From the NCBI GenBank assembly GCA_963768055.1, contig CAVYGN010000002.1:864001-928000 (forward strand): a DNA stretch of 64,000 nt, read 5' to 3'. Within the stretch, counting starts at the first letter, position 1, and each line of letters starts with the position of its first letter. This DNA is from an uncultured Spirochaetota bacterium. Lineage in GTDB: Bacteria > Spirochaetota > Brevinematia > Brevinematales > JAOACQ01. The notes beneath the pieces were generated by a model that was not told the origin of the DNA, did no database searches, and was given only the letters and a program-made list of their open reading frames with translations. Both the position numbers and the translations under genes were made by a program. Positions 20,073-30,798 of the stretch are shown here, in pieces.

Positions 20073-20804
20073 ATGAAAGATAAAGCGACAGTAATAAGGA
20101 CCATCGGGTTGACCAAGGTTTATTCGACCGGCGATGTCAAAGTCGAGGCATTAAAGGGAATCGACCTGGAAATCAAACAGGGGGATTTCACGGCTATAAT
20201 GGGAGCTTCCGGCTCCGGAAAAAGCACCTTGATGAATATTCTCGGATGCCTCGATATCCCGACTGCCGGAGACTATTACCTTGACGGAATAAGGGTGAAC
20301 ACCCTCTCCAAAGACAAACTCAGCGATATCCGCAACAGGAAAATAGGGTTCGTCTTCCAGGGGTTTAACCTCCTTTCGAGAACTACAGCGCTTGAAAATG
20401 TCGAACTTCCCCTGCTGTACAACAGGGACAATAATGAACAGGATTCGAAAAAAAAGGCGGAAAGGGCCCTTGAAAAAGTTGGCCTGGGCGACAGGGTTTA
20501 TCATTTTCCAAATCAGCTCTCAGGGGGCCAGCAGCAGAGGGTTGCGATAGCAAGGTCTCTCGTAAATAATCCATCCCTGATATTGGCTGATGAACCGACC
20601 GGAAACCTTGATTCTAAAACTAGCGTGGAGATAATCGCTCTTTTCCAGGAATTGAACAGGCAGGGCATAACTATCGTCCTTGTAACTCATGAAAACGATA
20701 TAGCCGACTATACGAAAAGGATTGTCGAATTTCGGGACGGGAGCATAATAAGAGATCACGAAAATAAAAAACCTAAAGAAGCGGAATCGGATACGGCTTT
20801 ATGA
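20073..20804 (+). CDS. MacB/LolD-type ABC ATPase
   Basis: [29 protein letters not shown]. Confidence 0.92.
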   Translation: MKDKATVIRTIGLTKVYSTGDVKVEALKGIDLEIKQGDFTAIMGASGSGKSTLMNILGCLDIPTAGDYYLDGIRVNTLSKDKLSDIRNRKIGFVFQGFNLLSRTTALENVELPLLYNRDNNEQDSKKKAERALEKVGLGDRVYHFPNQLSGGQQQRVAIARSLVNNPSLILADEPTGNLDSKTSVEIIALFQELNRQGITIVLVTHENDIADYTKRIVEFRDGSIIRDHENKKPKEAESDTAL

Positions 20805-20817
20805 AGGTAAAAATCAT

Positions 20818-22035
20818 ATGAGATTAAATTTTTTATTAAAAATAGCGCTGCAGTCTATATTAAAAAATAAAATGAGAACCCTGCTGACGATGCTCGGAAT
20901 TATAATCGGTGTAGGAGCTTTTATTATAATGGTCGCTTACGGGATGGGTATGCAGAGACAGGTCAGGGACCAGGTCCAGAGCCTCGGAGTGAATCTCTTG
21001 ACCATCTTTCCCAGCGCTTTCAGGCAGGGGGGCGTAAGCTACGGGGGAGGTACATATTCCCGGCTTACCCTTAATGATGTAATTAAAATTAAAAAAGAAG
21101 CTGCTACGCTTGCAGGAGTATCCCCTTCGATCCGGGTCGTAGCCCAGACTATCGGAGGGGTAGGAAACTGGAACACATCGATATACGGGGTATCGACCGA
21201 TTATTTCGATATAAGGCAATGGACCCTGTCAAACGGCAACTTTTTTACCGACAACGACGTAAGGGCCCAGACAAGGGTCTGCGTTATAGGCAATACCGTC
21301 GCCTCAAACCTCTTTCCGAATATGGACCCTGTCGGACAGAGACTCCGGATCAGAAGTGAACCTTTCAAGATAATCGGAATCCTCGCACCTAAGGGTTTTT
21401 CAGGCAACGGCCAGGACCAGGATGACCTGATACTGGCGCCCTATACTACGGTCCAGTACAGGCTTAATCAGAGCAGGTATATCCAGTCGATACTCTGCAG
21501 CAGTACTTCACCCGATATGATGGATGCGTCACAGGATGAGATAAAGACGATACTGCGGGCTTCACACAAGATCTCGGAAGGGGCTGACGATGATTTTACG
21601 GTCAGGAACCAGGCGGATATAATAAATACCGCTAACCAGGTTACGGGGAGCGTCACATTGCTCCTGGCTGTTGTGGCAAGCATTTCGCTTCTTGTAGGCG
21701 GGATCGGGATTATGAATATAATGCTGGTTTCGGTGACAGAAAGGACAAGGGAGATCGGAATCCGTATGGCAATCGGGGCCAGGGGGAACGATATACTTCT
21801 TCAGTTTCTTGTAGAAGCCGTCGTGTTATCCCTTGTAGGTGGATTGATCGGGATATTAATAGGGTATTCCGGGGCCTTGTTTATCAAGCTTGCGCTTAGC
21901 TGGCCGATCGTCTATTCGCTGGCGCCCGTTCTGCTGGCATCGGTGTTTTCTTTTATAGTCGGGGTCTTTTTCGGGTTTTATCCGGCGAGGAAGGCATCGA
22001 CTCTCAATCCGATCGATGCATTAAGATACGAGTAA
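20818..22035 (+). CDS. MacB-type ABC permease
   Basis: LTMLGIIIGV, GGIGIMNIMLVSVTERTREIG, LNPIDALRYE. Confidence 0.92.
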   Translation: MRLNFLLKIALQSILKNKMRTLLTMLGIIIGVGAFIIMVAYGMGMQRQVRDQVQSLGVNLLTIFPSAFRQGGVSYGGGTYSRLTLNDVIKIKKEAATLAGVSPSIRVVAQTIGGVGNWNTSIYGVSTDYFDIRQWTLSNGNFFTDNDVRAQTRVCVIGNTVASNLFPNMDPVGQRLRIRSEPFKIIGILAPKGFSGNGQDQDDLILAPYTTVQYRLNQSRYIQSILCSSTSPDMMDASQDEIKTILRASHKISEGADDDFTVRNQADIINTANQVTGSVTLLLAVVASISLLVGGIGIMNIMLVSVTERTREIGIRMAIGARGNDILLQFLVEAVVLSLVGGLIGILIGYSGALFIKLALSWPIVYSLAPVLLASVFSFIVGVFFGFYPARKASTLNPIDALRYE

Positions 22036-23658
22036 ACCTTCATTTCTACGCCTGATCTTCTCAAGTTCCGTGTTTATGTCCTGAAACGAAACTGTCGTCC
22101 AATAGCCGTATTGAGGAAAGATCAAATCTGCCGGAGGCAGATACCCGTCCCATGATTCATAGGCACCAAGACGCATGTTCCAGATATCGCCTGCCGGCAC
22201 AATACGGTTCACTCCCGCGCGGCCCAGGATTCCGGCAATCTTTATAAGCCTTTCCCCTGATACGGCTATGCCGCATGATTGCAGCAATTCGCGTCTCATC
22301 CCCGATTCAAGGATCCGGGGCAGGTCATTTTCCAGATTCTCAAGCCTGCGGATTATAATTGACCGGTTTAAAGCATTATAAACCGTGATACCATCAGGCT
22401 CGAACTCGCAAGCTGCAAAAAAATTATATTTGTCCAGATCCTTCAAAGATGTAAGTATTTTTATTCCTGGTTTGCTTTCGTAATGGTAATACATATCCTT
22501 TAACCTTTCACCGGGCCGGGCACCCTTAGGAAGTTTGTCAAGCAGAATGCGCATATGCTCAATGTATTTCCCGGCAAATTTTAAAACATCGTCAGTATTG
22601 CCTTCGACAAATACCTGCTGAGCAGATAAACAACCCTGGGTTTCAAACATGCTGTTATCGAATGCGACATTAAAAGCAACAGTATCGAGCCCTTCTTTAA
22701 TGAATTCCCCGCCGATAACGTCAAAGCTGATTTTATGCCAATGCCCGCTTACCCGCCGCCTGAAATCTCTTATACTTCTAAGCCTCAGGCTTCGTGCAAT
22801 TCGAGTAATCGACTTTCTGGAATCAATTCCTCCAGTAACTTGAATATGATCGCCCCGGCGTATTAATTCTTTGATCAGTCCTGGTTCTGCACCTTTAAAG
22901 GTGATTAAAGCGATTGTATCGGATAATGGAAATAGATTGTTTTTTTTCTCGATATCCGCCAGCTTGCTGAAAAACCTCGGGCCGAAAAAAGGCTCGGCGC
23001 TTGAATTTTTCCCGAAACTCGATGCACCGATAACCGCCGCTAAAAAGGCTTTCATAATAGGTATCCCCGGCGCGTTTCCTGCGCAAATATTTGTTATGAC
23101 TTCCGGTATTTTATGAAAACCGATTCCGGAAAGCCGGTACGCCGGATTTAAATTAAAAAAAGCCTTTAGAAAAATTTTAGGGATAAAAGTATAAAATCTT
23201 ATATATCCGCTTTTGATCCGGGTGAATTCAGAACAAGCCTCCAGGAATACATTTGCCGATAAAAATTCCGTTTCATACTCCCTGCCGGCTAGCATGGAAT
23301 TTAACAGTATTTCGATCATTTTACATGAAAATCCGCTGATCTCCGGCAATATTGAACCGATTTCTTTACGGAGTGCTGATTCCTTATTCCTGAGATCCTG
23401 AAAAAGAGAAAAAAAACCTTTTAATCGGGTTTTAACAGAATTGGATTCCAACAGATCGGTATTTTTGAGAAGCGTATTTCTTCTTCGCCGGAGGGATTTA
23501 CCGATTATTTCAATGACCTTGCCGTCAATATTTAGATGATTTATTAAAATATCATTATTCCCTTCAAAAAAACGGTGTTCGAGTTTAAACCTTCCCTCCA
23601 TTTTCAGCTCATGTTCTATAAACCCGGGTATGAAATAGTCATTTATTTCGACCGCCAC
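22021..23658 (-). CDS. LuxC-like acyl-CoA/acyl-protein reductase
   Basis: AGN, KNSS..P, DNSMFETQGCLS (catalytic Cys), GVNRIVPAG...SWDG match the LuxC branch of the ALDH fold. Confidence 0.7.
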   Translation of the reverse strand: MAVEINDYFIPGFIEHELKMEGRFKLEHRFFEGNNDILINHLNIDGKVIEIIGKSLRRRRNTLLKNTDLLESNSVKTRLKGFFSLFQDLRNKESALRKEIGSILPEISGFSCKMIEILLNSMLAGREYETEFLSANVFLEACSEFTRIKSGYIRFYTFIPKIFLKAFFNLNPAYRLSGIGFHKIPEVITNICAGNAPGIPIMKAFLAAVIGASSFGKNSSAEPFFGPRFFSKLADIEKKNNLFPLSDTIALITFKGAEPGLIKELIRRGDHIQVTGGIDSRKSITRIARSLRLRSIRDFRRRVSGHWHKISFDVIGGEFIKEGLDTVAFNVAFDNSMFETQGCLSAQQVFVEGNTDDVLKFAGKYIEHMRILLDKLPKGARPGERLKDMYYHYESKPGIKILTSLKDLDKYNFFAACEFEPDGITVYNALNRSIIIRRLENLENDLPRILESGMRRELLQSCGIAVSGERLIKIAGILGRAGVNRIVPAGDIWNMRLGAYESWDGYLPPADLIFPQYGYWTTVSFQDINTELEKIRRRNEGLLVS

Positions 23659-23667
23659 TTTAACCCC

Positions 23668-25068
23668 TCAGGCATAATCTTCAAGAGCTGCAGCGCAGCC
23701 TTTTGAACCGCGGTTTTCTTCATCTCTTTGGATTCGTTTAAAAAATTTTGAAGTTATTCCGCATTTGCATAGTTCATCATGAATGCCGTCTATCATATCT
23801 CCGGTTACTAAAGCGGGTACCCTGTTTATTTCCCGCGGATCATATTTTGCCAGATAGGAATCGACCATAAAATATTCCACATGCGGGTCTAAGTGATAAT
23901 TTCCTTCAGAACATCTGATGGCGGCGCTGATCGATTCGCCCTGGGCGTATGAATCGACAATTTTATCCAGGCCGCCGACAGCCCTTTTACAAAGCATAAT
24001 AATTTCTTCCTCGGATACTTCCAGTTTGCTTTTATTGCCCCCTCCAAACATCAAAACCGATCCAGAGGCAAGGTTTATAAGATGATCTTCAGGTTTTTTA
24101 TGCCCTTTTAAAATCTCCTTATCCAGGATCTTTACCATATTAAGAAGCATTTTATAAGCCATCCATGGATTAATGAACCATAATGTCCTTTTGCCGCATT
24201 TTTCAGAATAGTTTAGTGCGGAAATTGTTATCTCGAGATTCTTCCGGCTGATATTACCCTGCCAGAAATCAAGCAGGGGCTTCATAATTAATTTTAGAGC
24301 CTTCCCGCTTAATCCCGAAAAAATGCCTGACCGCCATCGCAATTCCCGCGTTTGAATTCTGCTTTTAATTGTAAAAAAGGCATTTTCGCCGAATCCCCTG
24401 GAATAAGCAATAAATGCGCGGGTCATCATAAGCGAGGATTCTTTGGGGATAAACGCTACCAGACACCCGTTTCGGGGATCTATCGGGCCATAAGGCGGGA
24501 CGGAGGTTATTTCATTAAAAACATTTATTGCGGATTTTTCGGCCATTGAAATGGTCTGTGCATCGAATGGAATCAATGAAATCGCGCTTCCGGTCGTTCC
24601 GCTGGATGTAAGCAGGTAAACTCCCTGTCCCTTGTAGATATCATCCCTCAAACGATCAAGGCCGCCCTTTAAACTTGTTAATCTCATATATTTTTTCGAT
24701 AAATTATCAGACGAAATTTTATCAATAAGATGATAATTGATAAAGTTAATCAGACACTCTACATCCCTCTCGCAAAAAACGCCCAGTTTCTTACCGTCGG
24801 ATGCTGCCGTCTCCGAATAACTCTTATACATTTCCTCTTTAAATACCAGATATGGGAGCATGGATGCCGGTAAATCAATGTTAATGTTTTCTCTTAAACA
24901 TCTTTCCTTATAAGCAGAGTTTGCCTGCAAATGCAGGGCATGACATGCCTTTATAGCTTCATGCCTTATTTTTTCAGTGCGATCCCTGGGAGTGTACCAT
25001 GACACTTCATTGAAAAGGTCATCGACCCGTTTTTTTAATTCATTTTTAAGATCTATCGTTTCACTCAT
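23668..25068 (-). CDS. LuxE-like acyl-protein synthetase
   Basis: TSSGTTG P-loop, FGGG.K, DSYAQGE, TGD, C-terminal KGCA acyl-acceptor Cys; start at MSETID with RBS. Confidence 0.68.
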   Translation of the reverse strand: MSETIDLKNELKKRVDDLFNEVSWYTPRDRTEKIRHEAIKACHALHLQANSAYKERCLRENINIDLPASMLPYLVFKEEMYKSYSETAASDGKKLGVFCERDVECLINFINYHLIDKISSDNLSKKYMRLTSLKGGLDRLRDDIYKGQGVYLLTSSGTTGSAISLIPFDAQTISMAEKSAINVFNEITSVPPYGPIDPRNGCLVAFIPKESSLMMTRAFIAYSRGFGENAFFTIKSRIQTRELRWRSGIFSGLSGKALKLIMKPLLDFWQGNISRKNLEITISALNYSEKCGKRTLWFINPWMAYKMLLNMVKILDKEILKGHKKPEDHLINLASGSVLMFGGGNKSKLEVSEEEIIMLCKRAVGGLDKIVDSYAQGESISAAIRCSEGNYHLDPHVEYFMVDSYLAKYDPREINRVPALVTGDMIDGIHDELCKCGITSKFFKRIQRDEENRGSKGCAAALEDYA

Positions 25069-25185
25069 TTTTATTAAGTCCCCTTTCAACTTTATTTGGA
25101 ATAATCCTAAACAACACATTGTAATTTAATAAATTTGATGAATCAAATAATTTATAGTGAAAGTCCATGGTTTGCGCCGATTATT

Positions 25186-25214
25186 TTGAAAAATTATACA
25201 AACCGCTTTATAAT
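25186..25214 (+). promoter_or_regulatory. Sigma70-type promoter of hydrogenase operon
   Basis: TTGAAA-17 nt-TATAAT upstream of GGAGG RBS. Confidence 0.55.
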
Positions 25215-25247
25215 TTCAGGTTAAGTTGCACTCCCCGGGAGGAAAGT

Positions 25248-25736
25248 ATGTTTGAAAAAAAGGAAGCCGGCGTATATCTGAGTGAAAACCTGCTTAATTA
25301 CATCGATAAATGGAAGAACGTACGCGGAAGTCTAATAATGATCCTTCATAAAGTACAGGAAGAATACGGGTTTGTGCCCAGGGAAGTGGTGCTTCAGCTT
25401 TCAAGAAAGCTGAATGTGCCCCTGGCAAAAATATACGGCATCACGACATTTTATCATTTTTTCAAGCTTAAGAAACCGGGCAGGAATAAAATAGCGGTAT
25501 GCATGGGGACGGCATGTTATCTGAAGGGGGGAGAGGATATACTGCAAGAGCTTGAAGCGCATCTTGGAATTGGGGTTGGAGGAATAACCGAAGACGAAAT
25601 GTTTTCATTGGAAGCAGTACGCTGTATAGGGTGTTGCGGTTTGGCCCCGGTCCTTACTATAAATGATGAAGTTTTCGGCAGGCTGACAAAGCAGAATATA
25701 CCTGAAATCCTTTCACGGTTAAAGACAAAGGGATAG
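25248..25736 (+). CDS. hndA: [FeFe]-hydrogenase NuoE-like [2Fe-2S] subunit
   Basis: CMGTAC and CIGCC motifs; GGAGG RBS before ATG 25248. Confidence 0.87.
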   Translation: MFEKKEAGVYLSENLLNYIDKWKNVRGSLIMILHKVQEEYGFVPREVVLQLSRKLNVPLAKIYGITTFYHFFKLKKPGRNKIAVCMGTACYLKGGEDILQELEAHLGIGVGGITEDEMFSLEAVRCIGCCGLAPVLTINDEVFGRLTKQNIPEILSRLKTKG

Positions 25737-25746
25737 AAGGGCTCAA

Positions 25747-26130
25747 ATGGAAAATTTAAATTTGAAAACATTAAGGGCTTTAAGGGCAAGAGAAAAAAAG
25801 CTATTAAAAGATAAAGATCAAGCCAAAACAACTATACTTATCGGCATGGGCACCTGCGGAATAGCGGCCGGGTCGAGGGAAACTCTCAAAGCCTTCGCCG
25901 CCCAGGCGGAAAAACTCGGCCTTAAAGACATTGAAATCAAGCAAACCGGCTGTATGGGCAGCTGCTACGCAGAACCGACCGTTGAAGTCAGGTCGCCGGG
26001 CATGCCGGCCATACTTTACGGAAGGGTTACTCCGGCAGTCGCCGGAAAGATCATGGATCAGCATATCATACAGAAGCAGCTTTTAAATGATTATGTCTAC
26101 GACAAACCGGCCGTAGACATCCTTAATTAA
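25747..26130 (+). CDS. hndB: Thioredoxin-like [2Fe-2S] ferredoxin subunit
   Basis: GMGTCGIAAG, TGCMGSCYAEP. Confidence 0.82.
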   Translation: MENLNLKTLRALRAREKKLLKDKDQAKTTILIGMGTCGIAAGSRETLKAFAAQAEKLGLKDIEIKQTGCMGSCYAEPTVEVRSPGMPAILYGRVTPAVAGKIMDQHIIQKQLLNDYVYDKPAVDILN

Positions 26131-26141
26131 GGATTCTAAGT

Positions 26142-27929
26142 ATGGGTTACAAGAAATTTGTCCTGGTCTGCGCGGGTGAAACATGCGGCGAAAAAAATTC
26201 TCTTCAGGTTTACGATAATATCAATAAAGAGCTGATCGCGGCAGGGCTTAAAGAAGAAATACAGGTAGTCAAGGCAGGATGTATCGGCTTCTGCGGGGAA
26301 GGTCCGGTAGTTAAAATAATGCCCGGCGAAACATTGTATGTCGGGGTAAAAGCCGGGGACGCAGCGGAAATTGTTAAATCTCATTTTAAAAACGGAAAAG
26401 TGATATCCCGCCTTCTTTACGATAGGAAAAAAAGTACCCGCAATATAAAACTTCCAGGCATCGATTTTTATCAGAAACAGTTCCGTGTTATATTGCGGAA
26501 TTGCGGAGTAATCGATCCGGAGAACATTAACGAATATATATCCAGGGATGGTTATGCCGGGCTCGAAAGGGCACTTTTCGAACTGACTCCCGATGATATC
26601 ATAGAAGAATTGAAAATTTCAGGCCTTCGGGGCAGAGGCGGAGCAGGGTTTCCCACCTGGATGAAATGGGATTTTACAAAAAAAGAAAATTCAGAAATCA
26701 AATATGTCGTTTGCAATGCAGACGAAGGCGATCCCGGTGCTTATATGAACAGGAGCACCATTGAAGGAGACCCTCACTCGATCATCGAAGCTATGATAAT
26801 AGGCGGCTATACTGTAGGGGCACATGAAGGTTATATCTATATAAGGGCTGAATATCCTATAGCCATTCAAAGGCTGGAAACGGCAATCAGGCAGGCAAAG
26901 AATTACGGCCTATTGGGTAAGAACATACTTGGGAGTTCTTTTAATTTCGACATAGAACTCCGCCTAGGAGCCGGCGCTTATGTCTGCGGAGAGGAAACCG
27001 CGTTATTAGCCTCAATAGAAGGCAACAGGGGCATGCCCAGGCCAAGGCCTCCCTTCCCGGCAACGAAGGGTTTGTGGAATAAACCGACCGTAATAAATAA
27101 TACTGAAACCTGGGCCAATATACCGGTCATACTTACAAAGGGCGGAAAATGGTTCTCGGGCATAGGAACCGAAACTTCGAAAGGCACAAAAGTTTTTGCT
27201 TTGACAGGCAAGGTTAATAATTCAGGGCTTGTCGAAGTGCCGCTCGGGACGACCCTTAGAGAGGTCATATTCGATATAGGGGGTGGAATAAAGGACGGCA
27301 AGAAATTTAAAGCCGCTCAGAGCGGCGGTCCTTCCGGAGGGGTCATTCCCGAAGAATTCCTGGATGTGCCCATAGATTTCGAGAGCCTGAAGAAACTTGG
27401 GGCCATAATGGGCTCGGGCGGACTTATAATTATGGATGAAGACGACTGTATGATAGATATTGCTAAATTTTATATGCAGTTCGCGGTAGACGAATCCTGC
27501 GGCAAGTGCTCTCCCTGCCGTATAGGCGGAAAACAGCTCTTTGAAACCCTTGATATCATAAGCAAGGGAAAGGGGCAAATGGAACACATGACGAACTTGA
27601 ACAGGATCTGCGCCGCCATGCAGAAAGCGTCCCTTTGCGGGCTCGGCCAGAACACGCCTAACCCTGTGCTTTCCACGATGAAGTATTTTGAAGAAGAATA
27701 TATAGATCATATTAAAGAAAAAAAATGTCATTCGGGGTCGTGCAGGAGCCTGATAAGTTTCTTTATCGATCCGGAAAAATGCATCGGATGCGGGCTTTGC
27801 GCGATGAAATGCCCGGCAGACTGCATCAGCGGTGAAAAGAGAAAGCCCTATACGATAGATCAGCTTAAGTGCATTAAGTGCAGTTCCTGCTACGATGTAT
27901 GCAAGTTTGACGCAGTTATCAGGGAATAG
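26142..27929 (+). CDS. hndC: NuoF-like FMN/NAD(P)-binding hydrogenase subunit
   Basis: GLRGRGGAGFP, NADEGDPGA, ESCGKCSPCR, C-terminal 2x[4Fe-4S]. Confidence 0.9.
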   Translation: MGYKKFVLVCAGETCGEKNSLQVYDNINKELIAAGLKEEIQVVKAGCIGFCGEGPVVKIMPGETLYVGVKAGDAAEIVKSHFKNGKVISRLLYDRKKSTRNIKLPGIDFYQKQFRVILRNCGVIDPENINEYISRDGYAGLERALFELTPDDIIEELKISGLRGRGGAGFPTWMKWDFTKKENSEIKYVVCNADEGDPGAYMNRSTIEGDPHSIIEAMIIGGYTVGAHEGYIYIRAEYPIAIQRLETAIRQAKNYGLLGKNILGSSFNFDIELRLGAGAYVCGEETALLASIEGNRGMPRPRPPFPATKGLWNKPTVINNTETWANIPVILTKGGKWFSGIGTETSKGTKVFALTGKVNNSGLVEVPLGTTLREVIFDIGGGIKDGKKFKAAQSGGPSGGVIPEEFLDVPIDFESLKKLGAIMGSGGLIIMDEDDCMIDIAKFYMQFAVDESCGKCSPCRIGGKQLFETLDIISKGKGQMEHMTNLNRICAAMQKASLCGLGQNTPNPVLSTMKYFEEEYIDHIKEKKCHSGSCRSLISFFIDPEKCIGCGLCAMKCPADCISGEKRKPYTIDQLKCIKCSSCYDVCKFDAVIRE

Positions 27930-27945
27930 GAGAAATATAGGAAAG

Positions 27946-29703
27946 ATGGATAAGGTAAAAGTAAATATAAAAATAAACGGTATTCCGTTTAAAGTAAATA
28001 ACGACAGGACAATTCTTGAAGCTGCCAAACTTGTCCAGGTTAATATTCCCAAACTCTGCAACCATCCCGATCTTCCTCCAAGCGCGGCATGCGGTCTTTG
28101 TATTGTGAAGATAAAGGGTTCTCCCAGGATGATCAGGTCCTGTACTACTTACGTCGAAGAAGGCATGGAGATTACAACCCATGACTCCGAAATTTTTGAA
28201 ATCAGGAGAACAGTGCTGGAACTAATACTTTCAAACCACCCCAATGACTGCCTTCAATGCGCAAGGAACGGTAATTGCGAGCTTCAACAGCTTGCCGGGG
28301 ATTTCGGGATCAGGGAAGTCGATTTTATGAGGATGCTCGTGAACCATCCGGTTGACGATTCCACAGGTTCGATCGTGCTGAATCCCGAAAAATGCATAAA
28401 ATGCGGCAGGTGCGTGGAAGTATGCCAGATAATGCAGAATGTTTGGGCGATAGAATTTATCGGAAGGGGCTATAATATGAGGATAGCCCCGGCAGCCGAC
28501 ACGTTTCTGCAGGACAGCTCGTGCATAAAGTGCGGCCAGTGCACGGCGCATTGCCCTGTCGGGGCTTTATATGAAAAAAGCGATAATGTCAGGGTCTGGG
28601 ACGGCCTTAAGAATGAAGATTTCCATAAAATAGTCCAGATCGCGCCCGCAACCCGGGTCGCTTTGGGTGAGGCTTTCGGGCTTGAACCGGGCATGGTCAC
28701 GACCGGAAAAATGTATACTATTTTGAGGAGGCTTGGATTTGATGCTGTGTTCGATACGAATTTCGGCGCCGATCTGACTATTATGGAAGAAGCCTCTGAA
28801 TTGGTAGAGCGTTTAAGTCATAATAAAAAAGAACTACCCCTGATAACAAGCTGCTGCCCGGGATGGGTGGATTATCTTGAAAAATTTTACCCTGAGATGA
28901 TCCCCTATTTTTCGACCGCAAAGTCCCCTCACCAAATGGTCGGAGTCCTTTCAAAAACATATTACGCGGGGAAGATAGGCATCGATCCGGCGAAGATATT
29001 TTCTGTTTCCATAATGCCCTGCACTGCAAAAAAGTACGAGATCACAAGAGCGCATGAAATGTTCGCCAGCGGCTACCAGGATATTGACGCAGTGCTTACG
29101 ACAAGAGAGCTTTCCCGCATGATAAAGGCTTCGGGAATAGATTTTCTTAATCTTCCCGATTCGGAAGCCGATTCGATACTCGGCGATTATTCCGGAGCCG
29201 GAACGATATTCGGAACAACCGGCGGAGTCATGGAGGCGGCTTTAAGAACAGCTTACCACCTTATTACAAAGAAAGAATTAGGCAATGTAGATTTCATTGA
29301 AACAAGGGGTCTTAAGGGAATAAAAACCGCGACAGTCGATATCGAGGGCATCCCTGTGAAAATAGCCGTCGCTCACGGCATAGCCAATGTAGGGGCAATC
29401 CTTGAAGAAATAAAAACGGCCAAGAGGGAGAATAGGGATATTCCATACGAATTTATCGAGGTCATGGCCTGCCGCGGCGGTTGCGTCGGAGGAGGCGGCC
29501 AGCCTTATGGGGCAACGGACGAAATAAGAAAGAAAAGGGCGGCGGGCCTTTACAATGAAGACCGGGATAAAAAAAGGAGATGTTCCTATCAGAACCCGTA
29601 CATCAAGCAATTATACGAGGAATTTCTGGGGACCCCTCTGTCGGAAAAGGCAAAAAAAATGCTTCACACTACCTATCATGAAAGGCCTTTATACAATAAA
29701 TAA
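27946..29703 (+). CDS. hndD: Group A [FeFe]-hydrogenase catalytic subunit
   Basis: H-cluster motifs TSCCPGW, MPCTAKKYE, EVMACRGGCVGGGGQP; N-terminal FeS domains. Confidence 0.93.
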   Translation: MDKVKVNIKINGIPFKVNNDRTILEAAKLVQVNIPKLCNHPDLPPSAACGLCIVKIKGSPRMIRSCTTYVEEGMEITTHDSEIFEIRRTVLELILSNHPNDCLQCARNGNCELQQLAGDFGIREVDFMRMLVNHPVDDSTGSIVLNPEKCIKCGRCVEVCQIMQNVWAIEFIGRGYNMRIAPAADTFLQDSSCIKCGQCTAHCPVGALYEKSDNVRVWDGLKNEDFHKIVQIAPATRVALGEAFGLEPGMVTTGKMYTILRRLGFDAVFDTNFGADLTIMEEASELVERLSHNKKELPLITSCCPGWVDYLEKFYPEMIPYFSTAKSPHQMVGVLSKTYYAGKIGIDPAKIFSVSIMPCTAKKYEITRAHEMFASGYQDIDAVLTTRELSRMIKASGIDFLNLPDSEADSILGDYSGAGTIFGTTGGVMEAALRTAYHLITKKELGNVDFIETRGLKGIKTATVDIEGIPVKIAVAHGIANVGAILEEIKTAKRENRDIPYEFIEVMACRGGCVGGGGQPYGATDEIRKKRAAGLYNEDRDKKRRCSYQNPYIKQLYEEFLGTPLSEKAKKMLHTTYHERPLYNK

Positions 29704-29714
29704 AATTTCCTTAA

Positions 29715-30284
29715 TTACCATCTCTCATTCTGGTAAATCAGGGAAAGAAATTCACTTCTTGTGGTATGACTTGATCTGAAAGCGCCCAGAACCGAGGAGG
29801 TGATCATGTTCGAGTTCTGTTTTTCAACACCTCTCATCATCATGCAGAGGTGCTTGGCCTCTATCACAACCCCTACGCCGTCGGTTTCAATGGAATCATG
29901 AATTGCATTGGCTATCTGGTCTGTCAACCTTTCCTGGATCTGCAGCCGCCTTGCGAAGATATCTACGATCCTTGCGAGTTTACTTGCCCCGAGAACTTGA
30001 TCGTGTGCGATATAGCCGATGTGGCAGCGTCCGAAAAATGGAAGCAGGTGGTGTTCGCATAAACTGAATATTTCAATATCTCTTATTATTATCATATTAT
30101 TGGTTTCCTGGCTGAAAATGGCCTCATGCAGAACGTCTTTTACTTTAATGTTATAACCCGATGTCAAGAATTGAATGGATTCGGCGAAACGCTGCGGTGT
30201 CCTTAGAAGGCCCTGTCTCGACGGGTCTTCACCAATTTCAATCAGAAGTTCTTTAACGAGCTTTTCCACTTTCCTGGCGTCCAT
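29715..30284 (-). CDS. folE: GTP cyclohydrolase I
   Basis: [28 protein letters not shown]. Confidence 0.95.
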   Translation of the reverse strand: MDARKVEKLVKELLIEIGEDPSRQGLLRTPQRFAESIQFLTSGYNIKVKDVLHEAIFSQETNNMIIIRDIEIFSLCEHHLLPFFGRCHIGYIAHDQVLGASKLARIVDIFARRLQIQERLTDQIANAIHDSIETDGVGVVIEAKHLCMMMRGVEKQNSNMITSSVLGAFRSSHTTRSEFLSLIYQNERW

Positions 30285-30795
30285 ATATATACTCCTTTCT
30301 TAATTTATCAGTGAATTCGGTTAACGGTTTTAATTTAATCTCTTTGAAAGTTTCAACGATTTCCCGGGCTGTCAACCCCCATTCCGGGAAAAATAGGGAA
30401 GTGTCAAGTTCATTCAGAGCGGAGGACAGATAAGGCCTCTTTTTTATATCAGGATCCGGAATATCCAGCAACCCGTTATGGATAGAAAGACCGCCGTAAA
30501 AAAGTATATCGAGGTCTATAGTGCGAGGCGCATATTTATCTATATTCCTCTTGCGGCATAAAGACTTTTCTATATCTCTCAATATGTTAAATTTAAGGAA
30601 TTCCGGCGAATGATCCGTTTCAATTTTTACGACCCCGTTGAAATAATCCGGATCGCCAGGCCTTCCGATGGCCTCGGTTTCATAAAAGGTCGATATCCCT
30701 CTTAAAACGGTCTTACCGGATAAAAGTTTCAATGCGGTTTCAATATTGAAGGCCGGTTCAATGTTTGAACCCGCGCCGATAAAAGACAGGGTCAA
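30253..30795 (-). CDS. folK: 6-hydroxymethyl-7,8-dihydropterin pyrophosphokinase
   Basis: [16 protein letters not shown]. Confidence 0.9.
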   Translation of the reverse strand: MTLSFIGAGSNIEPAFNIETALKLLSGKTVLRGISTFYETEAIGRPGDPDYFNGVVKIETDHSPEFLKFNILRDIEKSLCRKRNIDKYAPRTIDLDILFYGGLSIHNGLLDIPDPDIKKRPYLSSALNELDTSLFFPEWGLTAREIVETFKEIKLKPLTEFTDKLRKEYIYGRQESGKAR

Positions 30796-30798
30796 TTT

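Noticed and set aside
22021..25068. Bioluminescence operon
   Set aside because: No luxA, luxB, luxD or luxG in the window
25248..27929. Complex I nuoEF genes
   Set aside because: Followed by an H-cluster subunit, with no membrane nuo genes
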